This document shows positions 5,562 through 16,390 of a DNA stretch of 64,000 nucleotides, piece after piece. The translations under genes were made by a program, and so were the position numbers. A model generated the notes under the pieces. That model ran no database searches. It saw nothing but the letters and a program-made list of their open reading frames with translations, and was not told where the DNA came from. Positions within the stretch are counted from its first letter, which is position 1; the number at the start of each line of letters is the position of its first letter. The DNA is from a virus. Location: positions 1 to 64,000 of IMG/VR virus record IMGVR_UViG_3300043427_001127, one strand, 5' to 3'.

Positions 5562-7364
5562 ATGCCATACAATCAACTTACAAATCTAGATTATTTTGAA
5601 ATAAAAAGTGCTCTTAAAGATTATTTGAGAGCTAACTCGGATTTTACTGATTATGATTTTGAAGGGTCTGCATTAACGCATATTATTGACTTATTGGCGT
5701 ATAACACTTACTATACGGCATTTAATGCCAATATGGTTGCAAACGAGATGTTTCTCGATTCTGCCACTCTTCGTGATAATGTAGTTTCTCTAGCAAAACA
5801 GTTAGGGTATGTCCCCAGATCTGCTGTTTCATCAGCTTCTGCAGTTGACATCACGCTTTCTATATCAGGCGCAAATATCCCACAAAGCGTGACCTTCAAA
5901 AAAGGTTTAGCATTTCTAACTAATGTAGACGAAACTTTATATCAATACAATATTCTTGAAGATATAACTGCTCCAGTAAATAGTGAAAATAAAGTAGTTT
6001 TTTCGGATGTTAAAATTTACGAAGGTAGTTTAATAACAAACAAGTATCAGGTAGCAGATGAGAATATTACCATAACTTTATCAAACTCAGGAATAGATAT
6101 CAGTAGTTTGAGAGTTAGGGTATTTGAAAGTTCAAACTCAAGTACATTTGAGAAATATGTATTGACAGATAACATTTTAAATGTTTCTCCTACATCAACA
6201 GTCTTCTATGTGAACGAAATAGAAGATGAAAACTATAAAATAGTATTCGGGGATGGTGTGTTTGGCAAGAAACTTACCGTTGGGCAAGTAATCGAAGTTT
6301 CTTATTTGGTTTGTAATGGATCAGCAACAAATAATGCAACTAACTTTACTTTCAATGGTGTATTAGTTAATGCTGTAAATGGTTCTACTGCCTTTAGTTC
6401 TACTGTATCAAGTATTACCACTTTAGTTAAGTCTTTTGGTGGTAGTGACATAGAAAGTATTGATAGCATCAAGGTCAATGCTCCTGCTATGTATGGAACT
6501 CAGAATAGAGCAGTCACATCATCCGATTATACTTCCATTATAAGAAGAATATATCCAGCAGCAGCCGATGTTATTACATATGGAGGAGAAGAAGCGGATC
6601 CTCCAGAATACGGCAAAGTTAAAATAGCAATAAAACCAAAAAATATTTCTTTTCTGTCATCTTACTCAAAAAACATCATTATAAACGAGTTAAAAAAATA
6701 TTCAGTTGGTTCAGTTACTCCTGAAATAGTGGATCCTTCGATTATTTTCATTGAGTTAAATAGTAGAGTGTTTTATTCACCAAATGAAACTACTTTAACT
6801 CTAGACGATATAAAAACTAAAGTAATACAAAATATTTCTAGTTATAGTCTCTCTAGTGATACCGAAAAATTTGGAGGTAAGTTCAGATATAGTAGATTTT
6901 CCTCTGTTATCGATAACTCTGATAGATCTATCAAATCTAACCTAACTAGTATCAAAATGAGGAAGGATTTTTATCCATCATTAAATAATTCTACATATTA
7001 TGAACTGTGTTTCAGTAATCAGTTTGAATATGATCCAGAAACGCCAAGTATAGTCACTACTGGGTTTGTTGTGCAAAAATATCCATCATACATCTGTTAT
7101 TTGGAGGATAGAGACGGTGTTATTGTTCTATATCGATTAGATACCCAGACAAATAATAAAATAGTGCTGAACAGCAATCAAGGATCCGTTAACTATGTAA
7201 AAGGTGAAGTGAAAATAAACGATTTAACTATAATCCAAGGTTCTTTCCCAGATAATAAAATAGAGTTAAGAGTGATTCCTAAGTTTAATGATATCATAGC
7301 AAAAAGAGAAATCTTTTTAGATGTTGATATTGATAAAAGTACCATCACGGCTATTCAAGAGTAA
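5562..7364 (+). CDS. g6: Baseplate wedge subunit gp6
   Basis: FTDYDFEGS..LLAYNTYY..ANEMFLDSATLR..QNRAVT..DY..PPEYGKV motifs. Confidence 0.95.
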   Translation: MPYNQLTNLDYFEIKSALKDYLRANSDFTDYDFEGSALTHIIDLLAYNTYYTAFNANMVANEMFLDSATLRDNVVSLAKQLGYVPRSAVSSASAVDITLSISGANIPQSVTFKKGLAFLTNVDETLYQYNILEDITAPVNSENKVVFSDVKIYEGSLITNKYQVADENITITLSNSGIDISSLRVRVFESSNSSTFEKYVLTDNILNVSPTSTVFYVNEIEDENYKIVFGDGVFGKKLTVGQVIEVSYLVCNGSATNNATNFTFNGVLVNAVNGSTAFSSTVSSITTLVKSFGGSDIESIDSIKVNAPAMYGTQNRAVTSSDYTSIIRRIYPAAADVITYGGEEADPPEYGKVKIAIKPKNISFLSSYSKNIIINELKKYSVGSVTPEIVDPSIIFIELNSRVFYSPNETTLTLDDIKTKVIQNISSYSLSSDTEKFGGKFRYSRFSSVIDNSDRSIKSNLTSIKMRKDFYPSLNNSTYYELCFSNQFEYDPETPSIVTTGFVVQKYPSYICYLEDRDGVIVLYRLDTQTNNKIVLNSNQGSVNYVKGEVKINDLTIIQGSFPDNKIELRVIPKFNDIIAKREIFLDVDIDKSTITAIQE

Positions 7365-7368
7365 GTAA

Positions 7369-10300
7369 ATGAAATCAAAAGTACGCGGATTCTCGTATTT
7401 GGTAGATAATCAGCTACCATCTTTTATCAAAGACGAATATCCAAAATTTTCCAGTTTTCTTGAGAAATACTACGAATATCTTGATCTGCCAGGCAATCCT
7501 ATTGATATAATCAATAACTTGGCGAAGTATCGTGATGTTGATTCGTATGATCGCAACAGTTTAACTGAAGAAACTACTTTCGTATCATTATCTACTACAA
7601 ATAATAGCATAAGTATTACTGTAGAAGATGCATCTTCGTTTCCTAATGCAAATGGATATATTTTAATACAAGGAGAAGCAGTTTTTTACAAAGAAAGAGA
7701 AGGAAACGTATTTAAAGATTGTTACAGAAATATAAATGCAACCACAAAGTTAGGTGATCTTTACGAACCATCTACAACAACCAATATTTCTCCAGAAGAC
7801 TCTGGATCTAGTGACAGGGTGTTTACTGTTGGATCAGTTGTAAAAAATATTAGCAATCTATTTTTATTTGCTTTAGTTAAAAACTTTGAAAAGGAGTATC
7901 TCGGATCTTTTCCTGAATCTAGTTTAAAAAACACAGTAAATAAGAATATTTTAATCAAAAATATCAAAGATTTTTATAGAGTAAAAGGAACTGAAAAGTC
8001 TATTCAGTTTATTTTTAACTCTATTATTTCTCAGTCAGATTCTGACGTACCTAATGTATACTATCCAAAAGACTTTACATTTAAATCGTCAAATGGAACT
8101 TGGATAACAAAATACGGATTGAAGGTAAAATTAATCTCAGGAAATCCAGAAAATATTGTAGGTTCTAGATTAGTACAAAAATCCCCAGATAATAAGAAAA
8201 CGATAGCTTTTGGTGTTATCGATAACGTTATTGATATTGGAGAAACCTTTTACGAAATAATCTTATCCACTTCAACTATAGTTGGGGAGTTTGAGGTTGC
8301 TGCTCAAACTAAGTTAACAAAGGAACTATTAAGTACAGACACACAAATAGTTGATGTTTATTCAACTCTAGGATGGAATAACTTCGGCAGGTTTTATGTA
8401 AACGGGGAAGAAGTATCTTTTGATTCTAAAAACGTCAATCAGTTTACAGATATTGTAAGACAATCACCAGTTTATCATTCTGAAGGTAGTGAAGTATACA
8501 ATGAGGTAATAGTAACTGCTGAGTATGAAGGTGTTTCTGGCAATATCGAAACTTTAACTGCGATTCCACTAGGAGTTGTATACAACTTAAATGTTGGGAA
8601 AAATGTTCCATATTTAAAAGAAAATGATTTCATATCTGTTACAGAATCTGGTAGAAACATTTCAGATATTCAAATCATTGATAAAGAAACAAATTCTATT
8701 AGATGGAGATTGAACGAAAGTTTAGATAATCCATACTCAACTAATCCAAGTATCAATCAAGATTTAAATAGAGTATTGTCTGATGTTTCTGCTATTTTTG
8801 AAGATTCTCAGTATTTTTACATTACTTCTTCTGGTTATCCTTCTCATACTTTTGGAAAAGTTTCTTGGGACGTAGAACTATCAGATCAAAAACACCTAAA
8901 AATCATAAAAAGATCTCCTTCCGTTAGCACAAATGTAACCCAGATACAAGATAACGAAGTTGGAGTTTTATTAAATGGCGTAACAGTAAGAAGTCACAAA
9001 GACGACGAAAAAATTGTTTTTGGTGAGATACAAGAAATCACTGTAACTAGTCAGGGAAGAGGTTACTTAGATCCACCATATGTTCTAGTTGAGGACAGCA
9101 CAGGAGTTGGAGTAGCTAGTGCTGTTTCTGTTTTATCTGGAGAAGTAGTAGAAAGAGTAGAAGTACTGGAATCTGGATCTGCATTCTTTCCTCCAGTACC
9201 AACAGTAACTATTACTTCAGGTAGAAATGCCACTGCCTCGCCAGTTATCACAAATGGCAAAATAACATCAATAAGAATAGATAATCCTGGTGAATACTAT
9301 TCAACTCCCCCCAAAGTCATTATCAGAGATTTTTCTGGAAAAGGAAAAAATGCCGAATACATTTCGGAAATTTCTGATGATGGTAAAGTAATCAATCTAA
9401 AGCAAATCAAAGAAGGTAAAGATTATTCGCAAGAAGAAACTACTGTAACTTTAGAGGCGGTTGGATCTGGAGCAACGGGAGTTTCTAATGTTAGAACTTG
9501 GACAAGAAATAGATACTTAAAGTTTCAAAATAATCTAGACACTAGCAATGGGCATTATTTTTTAAACAATGCTGAAGGGATTGGATATGGATATTCTTAT
9601 CTAGCAAATCCAAAAGGATTGAGAGTTCAACTACAAGATAATCTAGACTCAAATTATGTCACTCCTACTATATTATCACATTCTCCTATCATAGGTTATG
9701 CTTATGATGGATATCCTATCTACGGACCATATGGATACTCAAATCCATTAGATCAGGAATCTTCTATACAAAGAATGACTAGTAGTTATTCTTTGAAAAA
9801 TTCAAGACCTCTTGGACCATCAACTATTGAGTATCCTTTGGGGTATTTTATTGAAGATTATCAATATATTCATAGATCTGGTTCATTAGATGAAAATAAT
9901 GGTAGATATTGCGTAACACCAGAATATCCACAAGGAACTTATGCATATTTTATTACTATTGATGCCCAGCAAAACCCATTATATCCATATATTCTTGGTG
10001 AAAATTTTTATGGTATACCTGTAGATTCAAACTACAAAAAAATAACCCAAAATGATATCCCAAGAAATATTAATAGAATAAAAACTGGAGAAACGCCAGA
10101 AAACGGCACGCCAATAATAGCCAAAGTAGAAGAAATCAACTCGGGATCTGTAGGTGGGATTACAGTAAAAGAATCTAATAACATTTTTAGTAATGGCAAT
10201 ACATTATATTTTGATTATCAAAATCAACCATATACTAAAGAAGTTTTTGCGTCAGTTAATGAGGTAGAAGGTAAAGATGTATTGTCTTTACATTCGGTTG

Positions 10301-13300
10301 AAAACAAGTGCTTACAAATATCGACAAAAAACACAGCGTATCTTTTTAAGAACAATCTACTTTATCAAGAAAACACAAATGCATATGGCACCATATTAGG
10401 TGATGTAACAAATGACACCAATATAGTATTAACTGATGTTTCTGGATCTTTTGATGACACTAATAAACTTTATAGTAATATAGTAGTTGCATCACTACTT
10501 TTAAATACCTCTTCGTTCTTTACTTCGGGTTCTGTAGTTACTTTATCTAATGGGAAGCAAGCTGGAGTAGAAAAGGTAGAAAACAATGCAATATTTTTGC
10601 CACAAAATCCTTTTGAGAATGGCGAAAGGATCATTTTCACCAAATCTTTCAGTAATGTCTTACAAGATACTCCATATTTTGTTATAAATGCAGAAGCGAC
10701 ATCTTTTAAAGTTTCTACTACACAGAATGGTGCGGCAGTAACTTTAACGCCGCTCAGTACTCCACCAGGATCTCTGGTTTTAAGTGAACAAGCAAAAGGA
10801 GAAGTTTTACAATCATTGCAGGGAGGAAACACTCTAATCGTTAAGGTGATACGCGGTGAGTTTATTGTTGATGATGAATATTTGATCAGAAGTTCTAATA
10901 TTTTTGATACTTCAAACTCGCAAGTATCCACTATTAGATATTTACACAATAATATAGAAATAACATTTTTGAATGACAAAATTGCAGTAGCAACAACAGA
11001 TGAAAATCATTTACTTACAGAGGGTGATCAAGTAAATGTTGACATAAATCCAGATGATAGCGAGAAAACAACGGAATATTATGTTAGAAGAAGAATATAC
11101 CAGAAAGTTAAGCTTCCTTCGTTAGTTATCGAAAAACAGTTAAAAGACAATGGCGTTGGTTCATTGAAGATCTTAAATGGCGGTGGATACTATGTTTATG
11201 ATCAACAAGGTAACGTATCGAATGTTGAGGGAGATTATGCAAATGGTGGAGATGCAACTTATAACAATATAGAACTTATTTTTGCAGATCAGAATCTATG
11301 TAGAAAACTGGATGGAAATATTATTATTGGCAATCCAAATAACCCAAATAATGCGAAAGCAACTATTAATGTCACTAATGGTATTGTAACATCATTTGCT
11401 ATTACTAGTAAAGGTAAGTTCTATAAAAAAGGTGATATACTAACAGTTAATGCATCTTCAATCGGAAGACAAGTCAACTCTAGTAATACTAGATCATTTT
11501 TAGCAGAGGTCGAGCACGTAGGATTCCACACTACAAATACTAAACTATTTTTAGACAATCTAGAATCGTTATCACAAAACAACTTACTTAAGATAAACGA
11601 TGAACTTGTGAAGATTACATCTATCAATGCAAATGAAGGATATGTGACGGTATCCAGAGCTCAAGAAAATACTATTGCCCAAAATCATTTTGATTTGGCA
11701 AAAGTAGTTGTTTATCAGTCTGGATTTTTACTACAAAAAGATTTTAAGATAGGAAATCAAACAGGATCTCCATATGTAAATGAATATGATAGAGAAAATG
11801 AAACTTTAGAAGTTTATTTTGATGTTGATTCGTCTCTCTTCAGCATAAAAAAACTGATGAGCAACATGACCTTTTTTGACCAAAGTTCTCCAGCAAAAGT
11901 TGTTACTGTTTCTGACATATTAGAGGATCCAAACTACAAGTTTGAGTTTTCTTTGGATAATCAAAATTGGTCAAAAAATCCAATCATAGATATACAAAGT
12001 TTTTACAAATACAAGTTTAATACTAATCACTACTCAATGATTGGTTCTTTTATAGATTTTTCGCCAAGTGGAAACTATAATATTATACCAAATAATGTAA
12101 CAAAGAATGATATTCTTCCTGGTTATCCTGGATCTTATATTGATATTAAAACTGGTTATGGAGAGCAGACTGAACCGTTGAATACTACCATAAAAAAACC
12201 TATTGAGTATGGAAACTATTTTTATTATGATAAATCGGGTCAGACTTCTCCTGATGGTGGTTATTTGAAAATAGTCTCAGATCCTTTACAGGGATCTAAA
12301 ACTATTTCATATGTCACTGACACCAGTTTTGTTTACAATGTAGATTCTTTGCCATTGTATGATGGATCTGGTGATATATCTTATACAACTACATCAAAGT
12401 CCGCTATTGGCAAAATAAAATCCGTTAATATAACAAATTCAGGATCTGGTTTTGTTGAGTTACCTTTAATAAAAGGTATTTCTCCAAATAAAGAGTATGA
12501 ATGTATAGTTGATGTTAACTGGAGTTCTGTAGGAAAAAATATAGCTTCTTTAATAATACTAAATGCTGGACAAAACTACATTCATCCAATCGCAATCGTT
12601 ACTGACGGTGATGGAAGATTTGCAGAATTTGATGTTAAGACTGATCAAAATGGATCTATTGTTTCAATCACTGTGATCAATAAAGGATCTGGTTACACAT
12701 ATAAACCAACTGTTAAGATTATTGAAACTGGTGTAGAACTTTATCCCTATAGTGATACCATAGGCACATTAAAATCGATTAAACTGATAGATAATGGAAA
12801 AGGTTATAACAATGATTTATCTATCTCAAGATCTTTTTACACTCCCACATTTCTAATATTAGAAGATTTTACTGGCGACTTTTTAGAAGGAGAAATAATC
12901 TCTCAGTATGTTGGAGATATAGAAGTTGCTAAAGGAAAAGTATTAAAGTATGGGTGGAGAGAAAGGTCAAATATTCTAAAGATTGATGTTATTTCTGGAG
13001 TTTTTAATGAAAATCAAACTATTGTTGGTTCTATTAAAAAAAGTGAAGGATCTGTAAAATCGGTGTTGAGAGGATTTTTATATCCTAATATAAAATCATA
13101 TTATGATAATCTAGGATATTATTCTTCTGATAGGTCTAAACTCGGGTCTTTATCTCAAAGATTGGCAGATTCTTATTTCTATCAAGACTATTCTTATGTT
13201 ATTGAGTCGGACACCCAAGTTAATGATTGGCGAAATGTAATAAAAGAAACTACTCATCCAGCTGGATTTGTGTCATTCGGTGAAGTTAATATTCGCTCAA

Positions 13301-16300
13301 TCGCCAGTGTAGAATCCCCCCAAAAATCAACATTCAGCACAGTTAGACTACTTCAACTATGGGATGATGAATCTAGCGATAGAATAGTAACAGTACAAAG
13401 TACAACTGTTAAAATAACCGAAACTATCGCAATAACTAGGGATTCAAATGTTATGCGAGGAAAGGGGTCGATATTACCCTTAGAATATGATAGTGCAGAA
13501 ACTATATCATATGATTTTTACCTGGATCCCCCATTCAACGGTTATTTTGACAGCAATGGAAATCGAGCTGGTACAAAAACTTTTACTATGAAATTGAAGA
13601 GTTCTAATCTTCCATTGAATGTATCAAATGTCAATAACTTGATTATAACTTTAGATGGTATTTTACAGGAACCAAATATTGCTTATACAGTTTCTGGAAC
13701 ACAAATAATATTCTCACAAGCTCCGCTTGGCAATAGAAGTGTTTTTGGTGATCCTATATCATCAGCGGAATATGTTGAAGGAGTTGATACAAAAGCTCAA
13801 TCTTTCATAGGAAGATATGTTGGATTTAAGGATACAACATTAAATACAGAATATTTCAGAAAAATAAAAAACATCAACGATCAATTTGATGGCGTAAAAT
13901 ATGAGTTTGAGTTGTATTACGAAGATGATACTCCCGTGGTACTAAGTTCAAATGATAATCTTTTTGTTTCTCTAGATGGTGTTCTTCAAGTTCCAGGATT
14001 AACTCCATTAATACCTTTATATAAATCATATTATATTAATAGAACTGTCACACCAAACACTTTAGTATTCACAGAAGCTCCAAAAATAGAAGAAGAAATA
14101 CCACAATCATTTTTTGCATATAGAGTTAGTAGTTACATTTCTTTAGATATTGATAGATATCTAATACCAATCAAAAAAACTGGACCTTTCATTTTAAGAT
14201 CCGTTTTAAATCGAAAGAGTGTTTTTATAGACGACGAAAGAAGTCTATTCGTATTTGTAGACAATGTTTTACAGAGAAGAAACAAATCATATTTTATAAA
14301 TGGTTCTTCTATAACATTTTCAGAGGATTTGCAAGAAAATGCTAAAATAGATATTTTCTATCTTTACGGTAGAGATTATGCAAAGTTTGCAACTGCTTTT
14401 GGATTTGAAGATACACCATTTTTAAACAGATATAACATAACAGTAAGTCAGTTTCAAATAAACCTGAACTACGGTTATGGAGAATATGTGAACTGCGTTG
14501 TAGATGCGGTTGACGATTCGTTTAATGTTTTAGCAAGTGCTAGATTAATAAAAGTTAGCAAAGAAAACACGAACTATGTTTTAACAGTAGAATCTGCTAT
14601 AAACAGAAAAATAAAGTTTGGTGATAATCTAATAGTTAGACAAATCAGAACTAACTTCGGAAATACTGATGTTTATATAGCTGATTTTAAAGTATTGTCA
14701 GTAGAAGATTTCAAGGAAAATGACGATACTATTGATATTATTAATAAAATCAAACCAGGGTGGTTAATAGGTACTTCTCGCAACCAAATTTATGATGACA
14801 ACATTGAACTGAATGATTTGATTAAAATAGATGGTGAAGAAGAATATCGCACTATTCGTTCGATACCGACTGAAGCTTTCAAAACTCAATATAGAGATTT
14901 TGATGATGTAAACAATAACTATTATGCCAAGTTTGAAGTATCTTCTTATAATAATCCTCAGAAAGGGGAAGGTTTGTTAGTAATAGCAAATGTAAATACT
15001 GACGAAGATTCTGATACCTATGGACAAATAACATCTTTAACTTGGAATAAAAAAGATTATGATGAATATGTACAAACCGATATTTTTCCACAACCAAATG
15101 CGTATGGATATGAAGATTGTCCAGAGATTGTTTTCATTCCACAACCAGTAAAAGATGATGGTGGTAGTATAATATCTCCAGCTCAAGGTGGTGGTGCTAA
15201 GGCATATGCTATTATGCATAATGGAGAAATAATTGATATTGTCTTACTATCGGGAGGAAGTGATTATTTAACTTCGCCAAAAACTTACATATCATATGGA
15301 TATGACATAGTAAAATCTAGTGAAAATTTGACAAATACATATACCAGTCTTTCCATAAGTCCCTTTGTTTCCACTGGTATAAATCTATTCCAACAAATAA
15401 CGGTAAATATTCCTACATTAACGGTAAACAAATACAACACATCTATTCCATTTGTATCTCCATTATCTTCTGACTACCAACATATAGAATATATTTTCCC
15501 AGAAACAAAGAGTGCTGGTGATGATTTTGGTTGGAAAGAAACCAAAATAAACATTATCATGAATCTCAGTGCCAATATGTCTTCATTTAGTGATATAAAA
15601 TCTATAATCAGAATACATTTAGAAACGCCATTACAAAATGTAGAATCTATTTCTACATTAGAACATTCTTCTGTAAAAACTGCTTATGTGGAAAGTGGAG
15701 TTGTAGATTCTTATGGAGATGAAGATTATTTTGGAAGATATGGGCAACAACAACTTGGATCTCCTCTCGGATATTATGATTTTAATGGACTGCAGTTTGC
15801 AGACGTTGGGTTTAACAATGCATCTGCTTTGACAATAGAAATGTTATCTAATTTTTATCCTAATCTAACAATCGGTGATTTTGAAATAAAATCAGAATCA
15901 AACTATACTCAATCTAAAGATTATTGGAACATTGGAAGAAATAGTGTTACGGAATATGGAGCATTGTTGGATATTGGAATCGATTCTGATGATGATGTTA
16001 TTTACATTTCTGGGGATGTTACAGCGGAGCATTGGCCAACCAAACCCTTCGCATCAAGTGGAGTTTTGTTAATAGGAGATGAGTTGGTTTATTATTCCAG
16101 CAAGTTAACCGATCGTTTTCTTGATGTTATACGTGGAATAAATGGTACAGCAGCACAAACACACGATGCGGGATCTTATTTGAGAACAACAACTGTTCCT
16201 ATTGATGTATTGTTCCCAGTTGTGATTGATTCTGTTCTATATAATGTATATTCTTATGTTTATGTCAATCCTGGAAGATTTTTGGACATAGAAGAACCAA

Positions 16301-16338
16301 TAGTATTGACAAGAACAGGAACTTTTACATTAGAATAG
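7369..16338 (+). CDS. g7: Baseplate wedge initiator gp7-like giant protein (2989 aa) with YHYH domain
   Basis: Position between g6 and g8; LIKNIKDFYRVKGT and DSYFYQDYSYVI...HPAGF gp7 motifs; HSPIIGYAYDGYPIYGPYG and LDENNGR (YHYH). Confidence 0.85.
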   Translation: MKSKVRGFSYLVDNQLPSFIKDEYPKFSSFLEKYYEYLDLPGNPIDIINNLAKYRDVDSYDRNSLTEETTFVSLSTTNNSISITVEDASSFPNANGYILIQGEAVFYKEREGNVFKDCYRNINATTKLGDLYEPSTTTNISPEDSGSSDRVFTVGSVVKNISNLFLFALVKNFEKEYLGSFPESSLKNTVNKNILIKNIKDFYRVKGTEKSIQFIFNSIISQSDSDVPNVYYPKDFTFKSSNGTWITKYGLKVKLISGNPENIVGSRLVQKSPDNKKTIAFGVIDNVIDIGETFYEIILSTSTIVGEFEVAAQTKLTKELLSTDTQIVDVYSTLGWNNFGRFYVNGEEVSFDSKNVNQFTDIVRQSPVYHSEGSEVYNEVIVTAEYEGVSGNIETLTAIPLGVVYNLNVGKNVPYLKENDFISVTESGRNISDIQIIDKETNSIRWRLNESLDNPYSTNPSINQDLNRVLSDVSAIFEDSQYFYITSSGYPSHTFGKVSWDVELSDQKHLKIIKRSPSVSTNVTQIQDNEVGVLLNGVTVRSHKDDEKIVFGEIQEITVTSQGRGYLDPPYVLVEDSTGVGVASAVSVLSGEVVERVEVLESGSAFFPPVPTVTITSGRNATASPVITNGKITSIRIDNPGEYYSTPPKVIIRDFSGKGKNAEYISEISDDGKVINLKQIKEGKDYSQEETTVTLEAVGSGATGVSNVRTWTRNRYLKFQNNLDTSNGHYFLNNAEGIGYGYSYLANPKGLRVQLQDNLDSNYVTPTILSHSPIIGYAYDGYPIYGPYGYSNPLDQESSIQRMTSSYSLKNSRPLGPSTIEYPLGYFIEDYQYIHRSGSLDENNGRYCVTPEYPQGTYAYFITIDAQQNPLYPYILGENFYGIPVDSNYKKITQNDIPRNINRIKTGETPENGTPIIAKVEEINSGSVGGITVKESNNIFSNGNTLYFDYQNQPYTKEVFASVNEVEGKDVLSLHSVENKCLQISTKNTAYLFKNNLLYQENTNAYGTILGDVTNDTNIVLTDVSGSFDDTNKLYSNIVVASLLLNTSSFFTSGSVVTLSNGKQAGVEKVENNAIFLPQNPFENGERIIFTKSFSNVLQDTPYFVINAEATSFKVSTTQNGAAVTLTPLSTPPGSLVLSEQAKGEVLQSLQGGNTLIVKVIRGEFIVDDEYLIRSSNIFDTSNSQVSTIRYLHNNIEITFLNDKIAVATTDENHLLTEGDQVNVDINPDDSEKTTEYYVRRRIYQKVKLPSLVIEKQLKDNGVGSLKILNGGGYYVYDQQGNVSNVEGDYANGGDATYNNIELIFADQNLCRKLDGNIIIGNPNNPNNAKATINVTNGIVTSFAITSKGKFYKKGDILTVNASSIGRQVNSSNTRSFLAEVEHVGFHTTNTKLFLDNLESLSQNNLLKINDELVKITSINANEGYVTVSRAQENTIAQNHFDLAKVVVYQSGFLLQKDFKIGNQTGSPYVNEYDRENETLEVYFDVDSSLFSIKKLMSNMTFFDQSSPAKVVTVSDILEDPNYKFEFSLDNQNWSKNPIIDIQSFYKYKFNTNHYSMIGSFIDFSPSGNYNIIPNNVTKNDILPGYPGSYIDIKTGYGEQTEPLNTTIKKPIEYGNYFYYDKSGQTSPDGGYLKIVSDPLQGSKTISYVTDTSFVYNVDSLPLYDGSGDISYTTTSKSAIGKIKSVNITNSGSGFVELPLIKGISPNKEYECIVDVNWSSVGKNIASLIILNAGQNYIHPIAIVTDGDGRFAEFDVKTDQNGSIVSITVINKGSGYTYKPTVKIIETGVELYPYSDTIGTLKSIKLIDNGKGYNNDLSISRSFYTPTFLILEDFTGDFLEGEIISQYVGDIEVAKGKVLKYGWRERSNILKIDVISGVFNENQTIVGSIKKSEGSVKSVLRGFLYPNIKSYYDNLGYYSSDRSKLGSLSQRLADSYFYQDYSYVIESDTQVNDWRNVIKETTHPAGFVSFGEVNIRSIASVESPQKSTFSTVRLLQLWDDESSDRIVTVQSTTVKITETIAITRDSNVMRGKGSILPLEYDSAETISYDFYLDPPFNGYFDSNGNRAGTKTFTMKLKSSNLPLNVSNVNNLIITLDGILQEPNIAYTVSGTQIIFSQAPLGNRSVFGDPISSAEYVEGVDTKAQSFIGRYVGFKDTTLNTEYFRKIKNINDQFDGVKYEFELYYEDDTPVVLSSNDNLFVSLDGVLQVPGLTPLIPLYKSYYINRTVTPNTLVFTEAPKIEEEIPQSFFAYRVSSYISLDIDRYLIPIKKTGPFILRSVLNRKSVFIDDERSLFVFVDNVLQRRNKSYFINGSSITFSEDLQENAKIDIFYLYGRDYAKFATAFGFEDTPFLNRYNITVSQFQINLNYGYGEYVNCVVDAVDDSFNVLASARLIKVSKENTNYVLTVESAINRKIKFGDNLIVRQIRTNFGNTDVYIADFKVLSVEDFKENDDTIDIINKIKPGWLIGTSRNQIYDDNIELNDLIKIDGEEEYRTIRSIPTEAFKTQYRDFDDVNNNYYAKFEVSSYNNPQKGEGLLVIANVNTDEDSDTYGQITSLTWNKKDYDEYVQTDIFPQPNAYGYEDCPEIVFIPQPVKDDGGSIISPAQGGGAKAYAIMHNGEIIDIVLLSGGSDYLTSPKTYISYGYDIVKSSENLTNTYTSLSISPFVSTGINLFQQITVNIPTLTVNKYNTSIPFVSPLSSDYQHIEYIFPETKSAGDDFGWKETKINIIMNLSANMSSFSDIKSIIRIHLETPLQNVESISTLEHSSVKTAYVESGVVDSYGDEDYFGRYGQQQLGSPLGYYDFNGLQFADVGFNNASALTIEMLSNFYPNLTIGDFEIKSESNYTQSKDYWNIGRNSVTEYGALLDIGIDSDDDVIYISGDVTAEHWPTKPFASSGVLLIGDELVYYSSKLTDRFLDVIRGINGTAAQTHDAGSYLRTTTVPIDVLFPVVIDSVLYNVYSYVYVNPGRFLDIEEPIVLTRTGTFTLE

Positions 16339-16341
16339 TGG

Positions 16342-16355
16342 TATAAATATAAATA
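16342..16355 (+). promoter_or_regulatory. Two overlapping late promoters TATAAATATAAATA
   Basis: Consensus at 16342-16349 and 16348-16355 before g8. Confidence 0.85.
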
Positions 16356-16390
16356 TACCGAATCTAACAACCTACGGGATCTAGTAACAA

